In this document: positions 58,567 to 60,000 of the stretch, in pieces | Position numbering within the stretch: position 1 is the stretch's first letter | How the letters are laid out: each line of letters begins with the position of its first letter | Assembly: GCA_051294905.1 (NCBI GenBank) | Contig: CM119372.1 | Span: forward strand, 12,712,001-12,772,000 | Source of the DNA: Botryllus schlosseri | Taxonomy: Eukaryota | Reading direction: 5' to 3' | Length of the DNA stretch: 60,000 nt | Notes under the pieces: model-generated | The model's input: the letters and a program-made list of their open reading frames with translations, nothing else | Told to the model about the DNA's origin: nothing | The model's database searches: none | Made by a program: the position numbers and the translations under genes

Positions 58567-59274
58567 CTACGACGGACTCAGCTCTCCCTCTTCTAAAAAA
58601 GAATCAGTGCGTCACACAAATATTCAACGCTTTCACCAACTATATGGCTTACCTCTATTAGAAGGTTCATTTTTTGGGATGCTTTGTCTTCCGTTCGACT
58701 TCTGTAAAATATTAAAATTCATTCAATTGCTTGCTCGAGTCAAGAATGATATTTACGCAGTAAAACTCTAAATGACATGTGCCTGCGTGCCACTGAGTTC
58801 ATAGTTCGCAAAATAGCAGTTGTTATATTACACCAGACCGCCACTCTTATCAATATTATTACAGAGCAGCCAACTTTCGCTCTAGGCTTTTCTAAAACAT
58901 CGCTATGTGGATCGGAATTATTATTATTAATGAAAAGTATCGGCGTATCAGGTTCAACACTACCGTTGCCAAAATTTCAAGCCCTGTAATTTACCGGAAA
59001 CTGATTCGCATCAATTATGCCTCATAAGTATCGAATGCGACATACCTCAACATTTTCTGTATCCGAACCATCACTGCCACTGTCGGAGGATCTGTCAAAT
59101 ACACAAGTATGAAAACACAACGACAAAGATCCGGGGCAAACAGTCGCATCTGACCGGTCGTCGCTCGAACTTTCCTTCTTGTGTTTCTTTTTCTTGCTTT
59201 TCGATTTCTTCTTCTTGTGTTTTTTCTGCGATTTCCCGTGTTTTCGTTTACTCTTATGCGAAGAGGAGCTTGTC
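58567..59274 (-). CDS. 3' coding exons of an unidentified nuclear protein with Lys/His/Ser-rich low-complexity C-terminus (gene presumably continues beyond the window)
   Basis: Phase-consistent exons 59274-59155, 59091-59046, 58701-58653, 58592-58567: TSSSHKSKRKHGKSQKKHKKKKSKSKKKKHKKESSSDDRSSDSGSDGSDTENVEKSNGRQSIPKNEPSNREEGELSPS*. Confidence 0.75.
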
Positions 59275-60000
59275 CTGTGACGAAATGAGCGTTTGACAGA
59301 GAGCTCACGAGATTCGTTCGCAAAAGTTGGAAGCCAAAAGTCATTTTGAGTTGCTGCAATATTTGACTCGAGTCATTTTAGAAATATTTCTCAAGTCAAG
59401 TCACACAAACTTATTAAGTGACTAGAGTCAAGTCAAGTTATCACCGATTTCAATTCATTCAATTTCATCCACTGTTTTCAGTTACGTCCTTTGATTTGCA
59501 TGTATGTAATTGCATATACGTTAAACAACACGATGGTTATTATCGTAAATTGATGAAAACGCTGCCCACAGGATAAGCACCATTAAAAATATTATGGGAG
59601 TATATTATTTGTAAAGGAAAAATAATGTCAAGTTTGATTGCGAGGGATATTCAGTTCTAAGGCACCCGACTGAATATATCGTCGCTGTGGAACAGAGTAG
59701 CTTATGCTCAACTTCATGACATGACTTTGTAAGAATTTGAAAAATGGATCTACAAATTTGAAAAATTTATACAAGTTTCTTTGATTACACTGCGACGATA
59801 GGGCCATATGATGTCAGTTAATGGCATGCCAAAGCTGTCTTTTATCTGTGATGTCGCTGCTGATGGAAGTGAACTCGTGGAATCCAATAAAATAGGATTA
59901 ATATTGAGCATGTGGCTTTGCAAAGTAGATAATATGAAGACTTAAAAGCAACTGGAAATGCGTCTCCGAGACTAAAGTCTTTCATATTTTCTATACCGGT

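Noticed and set aside
59015..59359. Arg-rich protamine-like ORF (RRKNTRRRNRKARKR)
   Set aside because: It is an alternative frame of the Lys/His-rich exon; splice phases support the KKHKKKKSK frame.

Overview
Eukaryotic (animal) genomic DNA: AT-rich, spliced genes with many short 58-75 nt GT-AG introns, and longer introns packed with non-autonomous DNA transposons. The style suggests a marine invertebrate such as an ascidian (inference only). The supplied ORF track is mostly exon fragments or noise, so I assembled genes by hand using splice-phase consistency. (1) An adhesion GPCR on + (18 exons, 11794..31198, ~1068 aa from the first visible exon, true start not identified). (2) A secreted single-ZP-module protein on - (8 exons, 31784..37293, 344 aa). 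(3) A small Cys-rich/Lys-tailed protein on + (42066..43232, first exon uncertain). (4) Splicing factor CDC40/PRP17 on - (11 exons, 43812..55767, 584 aa). (5) The Lys/His/Ser-rich 3' end of an unidentified nuclear protein gene on - (58567..59274). About 20 TIR elements are present, most with readable 8-bp target-site duplications (TSDs) and several nested, plus relics of a LINE, a Penelope-like RT, a Chapaev3-like transposase and an unusual hAT transposase. The most striking oddities are a telomere-repeat-like G4/i-motif foldback element in CDC40 intron 1, a hAT transposase relic of a type I associate with oomycetes/red algae/mosses, a ZP-C domain that has lost both partners of the C5-C7 disulfide, and a ~1.9-kb-arm inverted transposon pair in the last GPCR intron. 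No CRISPR, rRNA or tRNA was recognised, and I see no clear new multi-gene system.
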